Positions 49,429-62,391 of a stretch of 64,000 nucleotides of DNA are shown here, piece after piece. The DNA comes from Tubulanus polymorphus (taxonomy: Eukaryota > Animalia > Nemertea): positions 15,177,807-15,241,806 of the forward strand of contig NC_134031.1 of assembly GCF_964204645.1 (NCBI RefSeq), in the 5' to 3' direction. Each line of letters starts with the position of its first letter. The first letter of the stretch is position 1. Made by a program: the position numbers and the translations under genes. The notes beneath the pieces are model-generated. The model was not told the origin of the DNA, did not search any database, and was given only the letters and a program-made list of their open reading frames with translations.

Positions 49429-51414
49429 TTTGATTGTATACACACTGCGCAGTACGAGGCATCGCCGACTCCGGCTCCATTTACAAACATCACTATGAAC
49501 CGACGATAGTTAGCTTTATCCACGATATAATTAAAACCATTGCTCCAAGGAAACAGATGATTCTTAGAATTATGAAATAAATGGTTAATGTATTTTTATG
49601 TGGTAGTATGATTTTGTTTTGAAAATGGTTTGTTGTGATACTCAGTACGACTCCATTGCGCTAATTATCGACGAGCGCTATTTGCGGTAGGTCATACACC
49701 GAATTATTCGTTTAATCGTTGAATAGGGCATACAGCCACTGTAATACGAGATATCATTTACTTTTCATGTTGACCGTAGATTTTTCTCGAATTTGTGTGG
49801 AGGAATTCATAGACTATGACCGATTTTTTATGAGTTATGAGAATAGTGCCTGTAGTTATTACCTAATCGTTGGGTAAGCTTTTTATAATCGAATGGGCTT
49901 CAACCGGTGAAAATACTCGATCGTGAAACTAAACCACAGACAGGTTACTGACTAAAGAGCCTGACACAAAAGGTACCTAAGATGGGGTCAAAAACCTTTT
50001 GTGTTCAGGCCCCTGTGAAAATCGGCACAGAATCTGCATTGCAGCCTCATGCGGGCTGTGGCCTCTGAAACCGGAGCACTGCTGTCCATCACACATATGA
50101 AACCATAGGCCCAGCATCTGAAACCGGGCCCAGGCCCTACGGTCAAATCTGACCAAAAGAACTGTTTGTTTCTCAGTTTCAGGAAAAGTCAGTCGAGTAT
50201 AAACTGTTAATTACTGTGATGTGTGTCTATAGTAATGGATTTTCAGTCCCTCCTCGAGTGATAGCATTGTTTCATGTGCAGAAACGTATTTTTCAGTCGT
50301 GTTTGTAAAGTAATTAGTCATTTATGTTCTCTCTGTCTTTGTTTAAGGCATGTTGTTGTCTACTCACCATCGGCGTCCCCAGGATTTCTTTGGGGAGTTC
50401 GTTTTTAGGAATAGGAGGGGCCTAGGGACGCCCTAGTTAGTTACCTAATCGTTGGTGGTAAGCTTTTTATAATCGGATGGGCTTATACCAATGTGGTTTG
50501 TGAAAATATCCGATTGTGAAACTAAACCACAGACAGGTTACTGACTAAGGGACGCCCATGCTCACTGTCTGTCACCTTTGTTTTTCCCTAAGTTTTTGTT
50601 ACTATCCGGGAATAAGGCATTGTTGAGATGGAAGAGGACACAAAATACACACTTTTAGTTTGCAGTTTGTACTGAGCAGTTGTTTTGGTCGGAAGCCGAC
50701 CTGACATTGAGATTAATAGATTTTATCAAAATTGAACGTTTTTGACCACTCATGATTTATTTGCCGAGCTAGTTCCCAAGTAGTCAGTAACCTGACTGGT
50801 TTAGTTTCACAATGGGATATTTTCAAAGACCACAAGGTATTAGCCCATCTGATTAGAAAAAGCTTACCACCAACGATTAGGTAACTAACTAGTTCCCGAG
50901 GGTCTGAAAATCCAAGTAGCCTACTATATTCAATTCATAAAAATCTTTATTAATCCGAAAAGTACAAGCTTTGTAGGATAAAACAAGTTAATAAAGATGC
51001 AACACGACAATACAATGCAATTTACAAAACGCGACTTAACATAACATAACCACGCATAAAAAAGAGACCTATTGTCGTCAACCATTACTCTTGAGATAAT
51101 TATCGCAATTAACCAAACTTGTCAATATAAATTGTATTTAATCTGGCAGTTTGACGATAGTCTTAGACCAAGCAGTAATTTCTGTGAGTACCAGTGAGTA
51201 GTTTGTATTTCATTAATTAGCTGTCTGTGATGCTACCAGAGCCTATGGGTATAGCCTATATATATAGTCAGAGAGAGAGTCAGAAAGTTATTCTGATTTT
51301 ACATCTCTCTGTGACGAAATCGAAATATAAACGTACATGTATTGTTATATCTTGCTTTTTCGCTGATATTTACAGGTAAGCTAGATTCTGTTTTTATGTA
51401 GTCAAATTTAAAGT

Positions 51415-51520
51415 CAACATTTGACCGGGCCCGATTCATCACAGTTTTAGGTTTATGATCCAGTAAAAGATAACCGTACGGTCCCTTCCTTGGTCGCATC
51501 TCTAATGAAGGCCGCTTCAA
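51415..51520 (-). pseudogene. Polinton/Maverick packaging (FtsK/A32-like) ATPase C-terminal remnant
   Basis: Minus strand reads AFIRDATKE (frameshift) GPYGYLLLDHKPKTVMNRARSNV, resembling the recalled Polinton ATPase tail 'DAT..PYGYLLxDLxPxT...RLRxNI'. Confidence 0.6.
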
Positions 51521-51889
51521 TCTCGTAAAACAACCCGTTATTTATCTTATATATATCTTATGTATATTCCGAGTATTTGTCTGTTTTCTAGCGTTCTGGC
51601 GACAAATGCGGTAAAACGCTATCTCGTAAAGACAACTTGGCAAGGCATAAAATAACGTGTATACAGGAAAAGACATATGAAACCTGGGTTGCACAAGGTT
51701 ACCGTAATTTCCGCATGACGACCGTTTGAAACGCAATACGCTCAACTCGACGCGCGGGGACACACAAACCAGCGTCCGGAACTATCTAAGTGATGTTTTA
51801 GCGGCTATTAGTGAAATGCTATACACTCGTTCGAATGACATGATCCGTACGTATATGGCTAACGAGCATCGAATCTAAAAGGAAACATT

Positions 51890-53460
51890 GAATTTCCTTT
51901 TTCGTACCGTTGGACGAACTAACGGTCGAATGTATATACTCGGTAGAATAATCCGAGTTCTACAGTCGAATGAGGATTTGTCTTTGGGTGGGTTAATTTT
52001 TCATCGTACGTTCATTCGAATGCCGTTATTTTGGTGATGTACGTCGTAAACGAGTCGAGGTCGATTCGACCAGTTTACGCAAAACAAAAGATGCATCTTT
52101 TCGATCGATAGTGACTGTATGATTTATGTCTCGTCAGGTCGTTAATGATGGCAAAGGCGCGTGCGGATAATGACCCTCGTTATGACGTCATACGTAAATG
52201 CGATCGTCCGACGCAAAATCGCGCGCGCATAAATCATCTGACGGCTATTCTTCAATATTTGTTTTCGCAGGGTACATTTTCGGATATTGTACCAAACGGT
52301 GCAAAAATAATGACGTGTTACATTCATGGATATAAAGTTCTTGGAGACTTGAGATTATCTACCAAATGCAACTTGGTAATTAACCTGAAACATACAAATA
52401 GGTGTAGCCTATTCCTGAATTGAAAAAGAGTATTTTCCGTCTGAATTCTGCACTCGTGATTATATTGATTACGTCGGACCTATTCCCGCTATAATAGAAT
52501 ACATGTATTACAATTATTTTCATATCTCTCTCATGTCGCATTGTTGCAAATTTGAAAAATGATTTTTACATAACTGAAAACTAGAGATTTACGCGGTTTG
52601 AATGTTGCTGAAACTCAAAATCCATCCATGGACAGATGAAATATGATACAACACACATCACGGATAGTTTTTAAAAAAGAGAAAAAAATGACCCAACAAT
52701 ACGGGACAAAAGTACCCTAACAAAATGGCGGCTAGCAACTGTAAAATGGTTTATCCCGACGGTCTAAGTTCGAGCAGGGACCCTGGCTCGAGCGAGAGGA
52801 CCGATTTATTCAAGCGGCATAGCGATCGGATCGTCAGTCGAAAACTTTCATTTTTGATATGCAACGCGAGTTGGTCGAATCTACGAGCGATTATCTAACA
52901 AATCGCTCGTAGGTAGAATACTGTCGTTCGGATGTGGACATTCTAATGCAACCCGTGATAAATTCTTTGCTCTTTCGTCCGTTGATCCATTTCGTATAAT
53001 AGCATTACTAATTAGATAAAACCCCACTATGAACAGACGTGACACAAATTAAAAGAATCTAACTTTTTGAAACCGGCGACAATAGGCTAAATACCATCGG
53101 GCGGTATAAGCCTGGCGCAAAATTTTTAATGGTGGTTATTAACTGGTTGAAATGGATGTCCACAACGGACGACATTATGGAGTCCAAGACGCGTTGAACG
53201 GCGGCGGTAAGGTATCGATTGATCGCTTTAAGTGGACGGCTATCACGCCGCCGAATCCTACAACATGTACGAATTTCACGGTTGCTTTTATCACGGATGC
53301 CCGAGATGTTTTAAAAATACCGATTTGATATCTACAGTACGACCCGATCGTAAATTCGGTGAATAATGTCGGGCCGCATTAGAAAAAACTTCAGAAATAA
53401 GGGTTTGGGTACGTTATAATTTTGTGGAGTTTTAGGAGCACGAATGTCGTGACTTGTTGA
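51890..53460 (+). pseudogene. Degraded Polinton/Maverick (adintovirus-like) protein-primed DNA polymerase B remnant
   Basis: Collinear motifs with stops and frameshifts: FVPLDELTVE / ILGRIIRVLQSNEDL (~51900-51985); DGY..ILQYL...IVPNGAKIM (~52240-52315); FDMQRELVE-YCRSDVDIL (Exo III, ~52853-52945); VDPF; SNFLKPATIG*IPSGG; WLKWM; ALNGG; VDGYH...MYEFHGCFYHGCPRCF (53268-53312); YNFVEF*EHE. Confidence 0.82.
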
Positions 53461-54012
53461 AAGAAAACGCCGCACGTTTGTAGATTTTACCAAGAAATCT
53501 GATATTCTCGATCCTTTAACCACGTGACACATATTTCGTATTTTAATATATCAATTAACACGTGTACATAATTGTTTATTCACATTATTCATTATATCTA
53601 TTGTGTGCATTTCTATCTTATTTATTGTGTATCCATTCTCAATAAAATGAAAAATAAACAATTTAAAATAATTTGTCGCTTTATTTATTGCGAAATAACG
53701 GGCGCAAAAATTAATCAATAGCGCACAAAAACGAATCATCGTTAATGGTTTTTTTTAGCGCTAGGATGTTTTTGCGCGGTAAGATTGGCTTTTACGTGGT
53801 AAGATGTTTTTTTAAAAACTAAACTGAGGATTTTTTAAATGCGCGTTTCAATTGGATATTCTTATGTTAAAAGTTATTGATTTTTAATCTTTCTGTACTG
53901 GCGAACGAGGCCGGGGCCGTGTTTCAGACGTGTGGCCGCGGCCGCGCCAGGAGCTGGGTTTCAGACCCTACCACATTCCTTGAAACCTTTAGCAAATGCA
54001 GAATTAGATTTA

Positions 54013-54096
54013 CGCGTGAAGCTGCTTAAATCGAATCTACCATAGAACTATTCCGTTATAGTTCTATGGTAGATTCGATTTAAGCAGCTTCACGCG
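54013..54096. repeat. Perfect ~38-bp-arm hairpin
   Basis: CGCGTGAAGCTGCTTAAATCGAATCTACCATAGAACTA-ttccgtta-TAGTTCTATGGTAGATTCGATTTAAGCAGCTTCACGCG. Confidence 0.93.
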
Positions 54097-55471
54097 ATGA
54101 AACGACGGCAATTAAGAATTCAATTTAATCATTTCTTAATTATTAATCAGTCTGAAGGTAACGGGAAACTCATGAATGGCGGCACTTCAGTTCTCAGCAA
54201 GAATTTGCTCGAATTTTTTTTTCCCAACTGCTCGACTATCCGCCACGCGGGAACAGGGTCCTTCACTCGAGGGGTTGATTGACCATAACGATAATTCTCA
54301 GAATCAAAAAGAGAACGACTCGAAATTAACAAGAAATAAACATTTATTTATTTTTACTATTGAAGAGACAAAGACTGAGAATGAATGATACAATTCTGTA
54401 TAAACACGATTCATAAAACACATCGATCAGTTACAGCTCTACAGAATATAAAGCATCCAACCTCAACAAACTCTAATAAACGTGGAAAATAAATCAATAA
54501 AAAACAGCAAATAAAAAGCCTCTGATATTTATAAATACGACTAGAAGCAATTCAACTGACTAGTGCACAATGACCAATATACAATGACTAGATTTATTTC
54601 ATAAATAATGACTAGTTTTTAAATGATAAGTTGAAATAGTAATTGACGAAAAAACACAATACTGTTAGTTTACTGTGAACCCCAATAATCATTAACTAAA
54701 AATGATAAACTTAAAAAAAGCAAAGGTAAATTGTTTATTGTTTCATGTTTCATGTGCGTGCTGATGTGGGAAATAATGCATTGTAAATTGAATACAATGT
54801 GAAACAGATATTCGTTACATTGTAAAACATCACTTATAACACTTACGCACATAGATAGTCACAATGTAGAGATTTATATACAATCTATTACAATAATCAA
54901 TAATCAATAATCAATAATCGCTGCGTGAAAAATTACATCAAAACAAACACTGCAAAAACCATACACTACACTTTTACTGTACATGATTCACTGAAATATG
55001 TAAAATATTGATTAGGAAGTTTCTATTTAATCAATGAGTTTTAGTGTAATCGATATATAAAATCATTTGCAATTTTTGAAAATTTACTCAGGTTTTGAAC
55101 TACGGTAGAATCTCACCGAGATAGAGAGTGAGATTGGCAGAGAGTGAGTATTGTCCGATCAAAGACTGAGATTCCTCTTCAAACAAACATGACAACCGCA
55201 ACTCTTCCTTCGAATATAAATGACTATAGGTGGCGATCCAACTCCTTCAAACAAATGTTCCGGCGACTCCTTCGTTAAAATTTGTCTGAAACAGAAAGCA
55301 CGCGCATCGCTGAAATAACTGACTGATTTTCAGCGGATTATGTTCAGATTTTCTATCGAATAATTTCGCCACCGATGAAATTAAAACAGTCATAAACATA
55401 GATTTTAGAATCATGCGAATTATAGTTTTAAGCACGAGAATAGATGAATAGATAATGTGATTTATAGTCAG

Positions 55472-55775
55472 AAATAACAGGGAGGTGAGAGCCTTACCTC
55501 CCTGAAAATAACAGGGAGCAAGAGAGTAACCTCCCTGGAAATAACAGGGAGGCGAGAGAATAACCTCTCTGGAGATAACAGGGTGGTGAGAGAGTAACCT
55601 CCCTGGAAATAACATGGAGCAAGAGAGTACCCTCTCTGGAAATAACTGGGAGGTGAGAGTAACCTCCCTGGAAATAACAGGGAGGTGAGAGAGTAACCTC
55701 CCTGGAAATAACAGGGAGGTGAGAGAGTAACCTCCCTGGAAATAACAGGGAGGTGACTCGAGAGTTACCTCCTTG
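55472..55775. repeat. 34-bp minisatellite with internal palindrome (CAGGGAGGT...ACCTCCCTG)
   Basis: Direct. Confidence 0.92.
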
Positions 55776-55839
55776 GAGTAGAAATATAACAAACATAGCT
55801 TAAAATGAATCAACACTGGCAGCTGCAGCAGCCACCGCC

Positions 55840-56180
55840 GCAGCACATCCTGGGCAGGGATTCGAACCTGATGGCTGCATCGCTACACTCAGCCAACCCC
55901 TGCCACACTAGACCGGGTGCGCAGGTACATGCGCAGCTTTACCGCACGAAAACTTGCAATCAGATTGCTCGTTGTATAATCCCTGAGATAAATTTCACGG
56001 AAGAACTATAAATGGGAAAACACGGGCTAAAATAAAACGGGATATCTGATTGGCTGATAATGACATCATCTAAGCTGCGCATGTATCTGCGCACTCGGTC
56101 TAGTGTGGCAGGGTTTCGTACCGTGGCGAGTCTCGATGCCATCAGGTTCGAATCCCTGCCGGGGGAGGATGCGCAGCAGG
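55840..56180. mobile_element. Inverted pair of tRNA-box-containing ~100-bp arms (foldback of SINE-like heads)
   Basis: GGCAGGGATTCGAACCTGATGGC...CCTGCCACACTAGACCGGGTGCGCAGGTACATGCGCAGCTT mirrored by AAGCTGCGCATGTATCTGCGCACTCGGTCTAGTGTGGCAGG...GCCATCAGGTTCGAATCCCTGCC. Confidence 0.75.
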
Positions 56181-57244
56181 GTGCAGATCAAGGGGGATGA
56201 GACTTGTACAAAATTTTTGAGGGCCCTTTTTTATTTTGTCATGGTGCATTTCAGTGCGAGAGTACACCTAGTATTGCATTTTTGGATGTGCGCCGTTTGG
56301 GATGTGACGAGTTACAAATGATTAAGTTGTCACTTGTAACTGGAACTTGTCACATCCAAAAACAGCCCGAGGTTGACAGTTATATCAGCCCCTCAGCGTA
56401 AAAATGACCTAATATCGCCATTTTGGACATCGGATTGCCCTTATGAGATGTGAAAAAGTCTTCAAAATTAACCCCTGGATCCGCTTCCGAGCTGCTTCCA
56501 CGGGGTCCAGTTTCATGCAGATAAACGAAACCGTCCCCGACTGTGGTTAGTAGTTTAAAACCCTCCTTTGCCAGAGGCGACTACTTCGATATTACATTTG
56601 AAATATCTCGGTGTTAGTATTTGTTATAATTATTGTATAGCAGGCAAGTTACTCTAAACCAGGGATTTCCCCCCCCCCCCCCCCCCCGGGTGCAGGGGAA
56701 ACCTCCCTGTTCTATCTGATGAATACAAATCTGAATCGAATTTTTCCGGAATTGTTCACATATGGGAAGGGTCTGAGTAACGAGCCCTGACCTCTAGAGG
56801 AGATTTAAATAACTACTAAATAATAGAATCGAGTTGAGGTGTTTGTTTGTGCTTACACAGTTTTATTTAGATTCCACAGATAGTAAAGGTACTTCAGCTG
56901 TATCCTGTAGGAAACAACGCAAAAAAAAAAATCAACAAATAAGTGTAATTTCAAATAAAACCGATTCAAATACAACAAAAAAATTCATGATCAGTTCAAT
57001 TGAGAGCAGAAATTTGATGATCGCGAGGGTTCTTATTGGTCAGGACCTCTCGGCCTGAAAATTACAGAACCTCACATTCTCACTGCCTCATATCAGGTTC
57101 AACGATATCAAATTTCTTCTCGCGTGAATCACAAATTTTCGAGAGGATAAAATCGAAGATATGATTGAAAACGTTTCATGCAAGAAGAGTACTATAACGA
57201 TCAACATCGTCATCATCGTTATTCCAGAAATAAATAACAAACAT

Positions 57245-57910
57245 CCCCTAATGTCTATCTCAACTTGACTTGCGAGCACATCGGTAGGCCTAGCTCGGTC
57301 AGTTTTGATGGTACGTACCCGGATAAATTATTAATCTTATTAGGACCAGAAAGCACTGGCAGTTCACCTAAAACTTTGATTTTTAATCCATTTGAAAATG
57401 TATTGAAGGATATCCAAAGTCTTCATTGAAAGGGGTTAAAAAGAGAAAAGTGACTCCAATATGTTTCCATACCTATGTATTAAACTTCAGTTGTTACCGG
57501 TAGGCATGGAAACATATGGGATCATTCATTTATTACGTATGCATTAGGGGAGGGGGACAGTGCAATTGCGTACTGTAATGCTTAATGTATATGATGAAAT
57601 GACCAATTTTGCGTGCAGAGGGGGAGGGGGGTTGGAAAAGTCAAATTTTATGCATACGTAATAAATGCAATGATCCCTATTGTTGAACTTTCAAATCATG
57701 GATCACATTTCTCTCATAAACCCTTCTTTCAATGAAGACTTTTTAGATATCCTTCAATACAATTTAAAATGGATTAAAAATCTATGTTCTAGGTCAACTG
57801 CCAGTGCTTTCTGGTCCTAATAAGACTTCTATCAGGTAAGTACCATCATAACTGACCGAGCTAGGCCACCCGGTGTGCTCTCAAGTCAAGTTGAAATAGA
57901 CATTAATAGA
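57245..57910. mobile_element. Foldback element (same family as 20446-20910) with a nested ~160-bp MITE (57518-57680; relatives at ~59168-59300 and 12840-12970)
   Basis: CTAATGTCTATCTCAACTTGACTTGCGAGCAC ... GTGCTCTCAAGTCAAGTTGAAATAGACATTA; inner GGGATCATT..TTTATTACGTA...TACGTAATAAATG..AATGATCCC. Confidence 0.82.
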
Positions 57911-59566
57911 TAATCATCAACATCCATTAGGAACAGAGTATAGAGAGACTAAAATCAAAGACGGATTTGATTTTAGCGTAAACAAAAATTTGACACGACG
58001 TTTTTTTGATTTGCTCGTTACCTGCTGATTGAAACTGATAAACTGCAGCTAAAAATCAGTACAACATTCATTCACTATCGTCATAAGTTATTCATACAAT
58101 TTCTACATATTCAGAGTACAACATTATTAAAACGTTTGTTGTAATATTACCGGTAAGTTTCATTCGTATTGAATTCAGGGATTCGGCGAAGATTTTACGT
58201 AAATAAAGATCGCGATGTTTCATTACCCGGATGAAAACAACAGATGCAAAGGTTTTTAAAGCCGACAAGAGAATCGTGCATTCATTATCAAATACATTAA
58301 AAGATAGAGACAGAGAGAGAGGGGGGAGAGATTGTGTTTTCAAAAATGAAATACATGCAGTTGAAAATTTAACATTCGCGTCGCTTAACATGAGGATAAG
58401 GGTTCCTCTTAGAATACGGATTACGAGGGTCCCTCTCGGATTGCGGATATAGAGAACAACCCGATTAAGGCAACCTTTCTAACGCAGATGAGAAACAAAG
58501 ACCACAGCAAATTTTATTTGTTAAAGAAATTGTTATCAAATGATAATGCAGATGAGGTGACAGTAAAACACCACGGTAAATTTTGTTTCGTGAAAGAAAT
58601 TATCGCATGAGCAAAAGCCAAAATAAAATAGAGCAATGAATAATGATTTTGGGATAAAGATGAATATAGAATCACTACACAGGACAGAACCAAAAGAGAC
58701 TTCGCTTCAGCAACTGGACACAGACAGTAACTAATACACTGGTACTATAGATACAGTAACTATAGAGACAGTAACAATAGACGGATGGATTATATCTGTA
58801 ACAGGGGATTAAACTCAAAACTCTCTAATCTAAGTTTTGGAAACTTTTGGTTCTGCGTTAAAGGTTATACTATAAAATGCGTGTGTCGTTTTGCACCCGT
58901 CCACCAGGGGGAGGAGGGTCTATCGAGACTGGGGGTACAAAACTCATATAGTATACGCTATGTACGATATTAACCTGGGGGTCTTGAATGTGTTCGCGAG
59001 GTATTTTGAGAATTATTCCCTGCAAAAATGAAAATTATCGCTAAAATCAATGTTTACTTTTTCTCAAAAAAAAAAAAAAAAAAAATCTACCGAGAAAATA
59101 AGAGGATTTCGTCGTAAGGCTAAACAAAACTGAAACCTTAGTTTCTCCGCAGCGGCCAGGTCATTTTGGGGTCATTCATTTATTACGTACGCATTAGGGG
59201 GGGGGAGGGGTCAGTGCAATTGCGTACTGTAATGCTTAACGTATATGAAAGAATGGCCGATTTTGCGTACAGAGGGGGAGGGGGGCTTGAAAAATTCAAA
59301 TTCCCGATCCCTCTTGTAAAATGTGATAAAATTCGTGATCAGTTCATTTCTATACCTGCCAGGTCTGTTATTGTAAAATCAATTACGATTCTAAAAAAAA
59401 GTTATGTACAGGGTGGATAGGTGGCAAGTTTTAAGCACAGCAGAGCGGAGAAACAAGGTATCTATATTTTTTTTAGCTTAACTATTCAAATTTCAAAAAT
59501 GAAAATTATTTATAAATCTTGGATGGAAAACTGAAAAAAGGTCGACGCTCTGTATGATTATTGTCG

Positions 59567-62330
59567 TTATGACGATACCTTATCGATGCTATCACAGTCG
59601 TGTTCGGGTGACGAATGAATCTGAGCGGCCGGCGACGAATCCTTATCGGCCCCGGTCGGCTCCTCTCTGCGTCGTCGCGGGATACGCCGTCTCTGCAATC
59701 GGCGTTCGTCGATCAGAGGCGACGCTTGCGGCGACAGCGAACTCGGCTGAATTAGATATCTACGAAATAAACGAAACGCCGATGAACGGGAGACTATTTC
59801 TCTGATTCAACTCAGCATATCGTTCAAATCTGTACAGGACTGCAATGGCGGATTCAGGATAGCTCGCATGCCTCGTGTGAGGCACTCAAAATATCCGAAA
59901 TGCCCTATACTTCTTGGAAAGACAGAAAAATTCGAAAAGAATTTGAAAACTTTTCTAATGTCCTATCAGGCAAAATTTCCTGAGGATGTGCCTCACAATT
60001 GTTTCCTTGGGATTGTGGATGCTGTTTCGGATATTCAATTGTACGCATTGAGTATTTTCTGGAAATTTTTTTTTTCGAAAAAATTGCCCTTTTTGATTCG
60101 GTGAGGCAGTAAAAATTGGACCCTGGATCCGCCCCTGCACTGGTATTAAAACTCGATGGTTTAACCAGGGCCAAATTCGGTCATCGTATCTAATCGACTA
60201 GTGGTCGGAACTAATAAGCGGATGCGCATAATTTCCAAACTATTTCCGGAAATTAGTTCCGACTAAATGACATTCGGTTTCACGTAGTTCAACTACAGTC
60301 GATTAACTCAGATAACCGAAGTTGGCCCTGGATTTCAGATGTCATGTTACGATCTAAATGAGGCGCGTATTCCCCGAACTAAAGCAAAATATCCCGGAAC
60401 AGGCGCGGATCAAGGGCAATTCAATGACTACAGCACAGTGAAAAAAGGGCACTAACTTTGAAACGGGCCAGTATTAATGTCCAGCGAGCGAGTTTGATTT
60501 TGAGTGCCATTTATTTGTATCATGCCACTAAATTTTGTCTTCACATTCAATTTGCTTGTGCCTTTTTTAGATTTATGCCAAATTTGCCGTTTTTCGATTA
60601 AACTTATGGAGCAACAATAATATATTTTAGAATAGTGCCCTTTTGAGCAAACGAGAGTGCCTTAGATTGGCTTATTTGATTTTGGGGAATTTATTTTCAT
60701 TCATATTTTGCTTTAGGCCTAATACAGAAAGGTAATTATTTCTTATGGCTCACAAATTGTGTGCTCCTTTATTTACTTTTTTCCCAAAACAACTCAAAAC
60801 TGCGACTACCACATGTGCTGCATGTGCGATAGTCTGGATCCGCGCTTGCGTTAAAACAAGTCTGGATCAATTTACAAATGGACTATAGATGAATACTTAC
60901 ATTGTATCATCAAGTTCTAGTTTTAAATCGTAACTAGGATTAATGATCACATACGAGATTGTATTCCTCTTATCACTGACATCCTCTACAATATACAACG
61001 ATCATACAACGTTACTACTAACGCCCCCTTGTTATTAAACTCCCCCTGGTGGCGGATGACGACGTTACTAACCGTAATCTTCCTGAGGTAACCCTAAACT
61101 CTGCATTCTACAACGCACCATCTGACTGATCTCCTGTCGTTCCATATTCATGTTTATATTCTGTTGGTCTTCGTCGATCACGTTAACTGCCACCTAGTGA
61201 GCGAAACCGAAACTGATTACGTCGTAATATCGACGCTGAATTGATATGTGTTTGAATGTGAGACTGTGAGTGATAAGCCGATTTTATTTAAGCAACTCGA
61301 TAAACTCGCGCCATCTTGAAACGCGAGTTGGGTACTCGAGTATGGCGAGTTGGGTACTCGAGTATGGTGAGTTGGGTAACAAGTATGGCGAGTTGGGACT
61401 CAAGTATGGTGAGTTGAGTATAACTTGAGTATGGCGAGTTGGGTATAACTCGAGTATGGCGAGTTGGGTACTCGAGTATGGCGAGATGAGTACTCGAGTA
61501 TGGCGAGTTGGGTACTCGTGGTGAGTTGGGTAACGAGTATGGCGAGTAAGGTACTCGAGTATGGTGAGTTGAGTATAACTTGAGTATGGCAAGTTGGGTA
61601 TAACTCGAGTATAGTGAGTTGGTTAAATAAATGGAAATTGACGGCGACATACGAAGAGTTGCTTAAATAAAAACGTCTTTTGTAATATGAACCTCAGTGA
61701 GGTTCAGAAATAAATTAGTTGAATTTTGTGAAATCAACAGTGAATCGGTGCCAATTAGCAAACAATCAAATTAACCGTGACCCAATTAAATCACTGCATC
61801 CCGATTAATAGGGATTCGATTAGCCATGTTCTAATGCACCATAACCTAATTATCCGTAGCTTAATGATATGCTCTTATCCGGTGAGTTTAATGAAATATT
61901 AAATAGATCTGAAATCAGGAGAGGTTGTATTTTGGAGCTGAATATCGTCGGGATTCCTCGCGGCACAAAGCAGCAGAATGAGATATGAAATAAAATCCCG
62001 ATTCACAACAAACATTAATAATGAATTCAAATTCGAAAGATGAAAGAGCGCTGGGGAAATCAGAGTAACTATGGTTACTAATGATTGAGAGAAAACGAGC
62101 GGATTGGCTATCAATGATTCAGAAAATCTCAAATTACCCTTCTTAGTAGAGGATCAATTGAGGATTGGCCGAGGATCGGGTGATGTAGAAATTCTGTTAA
62201 CAATGCAAACAACAGATTAGAAAGATGATTTCTTTTTAGAAATTGCAACAGCAGCAGTGGCGGCACACATGTGGAACAGAGTATAAAATAGTAGAAACTG
62301 TGGGTGAATATTAGTGAAGCTTGAAGCGGT

Positions 62331-62391
<61 letters not shown>

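Noticed and set aside
51415-53460. Intact or domesticated viral polymerase
   Set aside because: Multiple stops, frameshifts and insertions; no palm-domain motifs seen, so it is a pseudogene relic.
55247-55846. 199-aa ORF with PPCYFQGGYS repeats; similar ORFs at 61284-61650
   Set aside because: Minisatellite translations with no splice or homology support.
59554-59805. Plus-strand 83-aa ORF
   Set aside because: Antisense shadow of the last KCNT exon; the same applies to ORFs at 3690, 9781, 11022 and 32946 opposite real exons.
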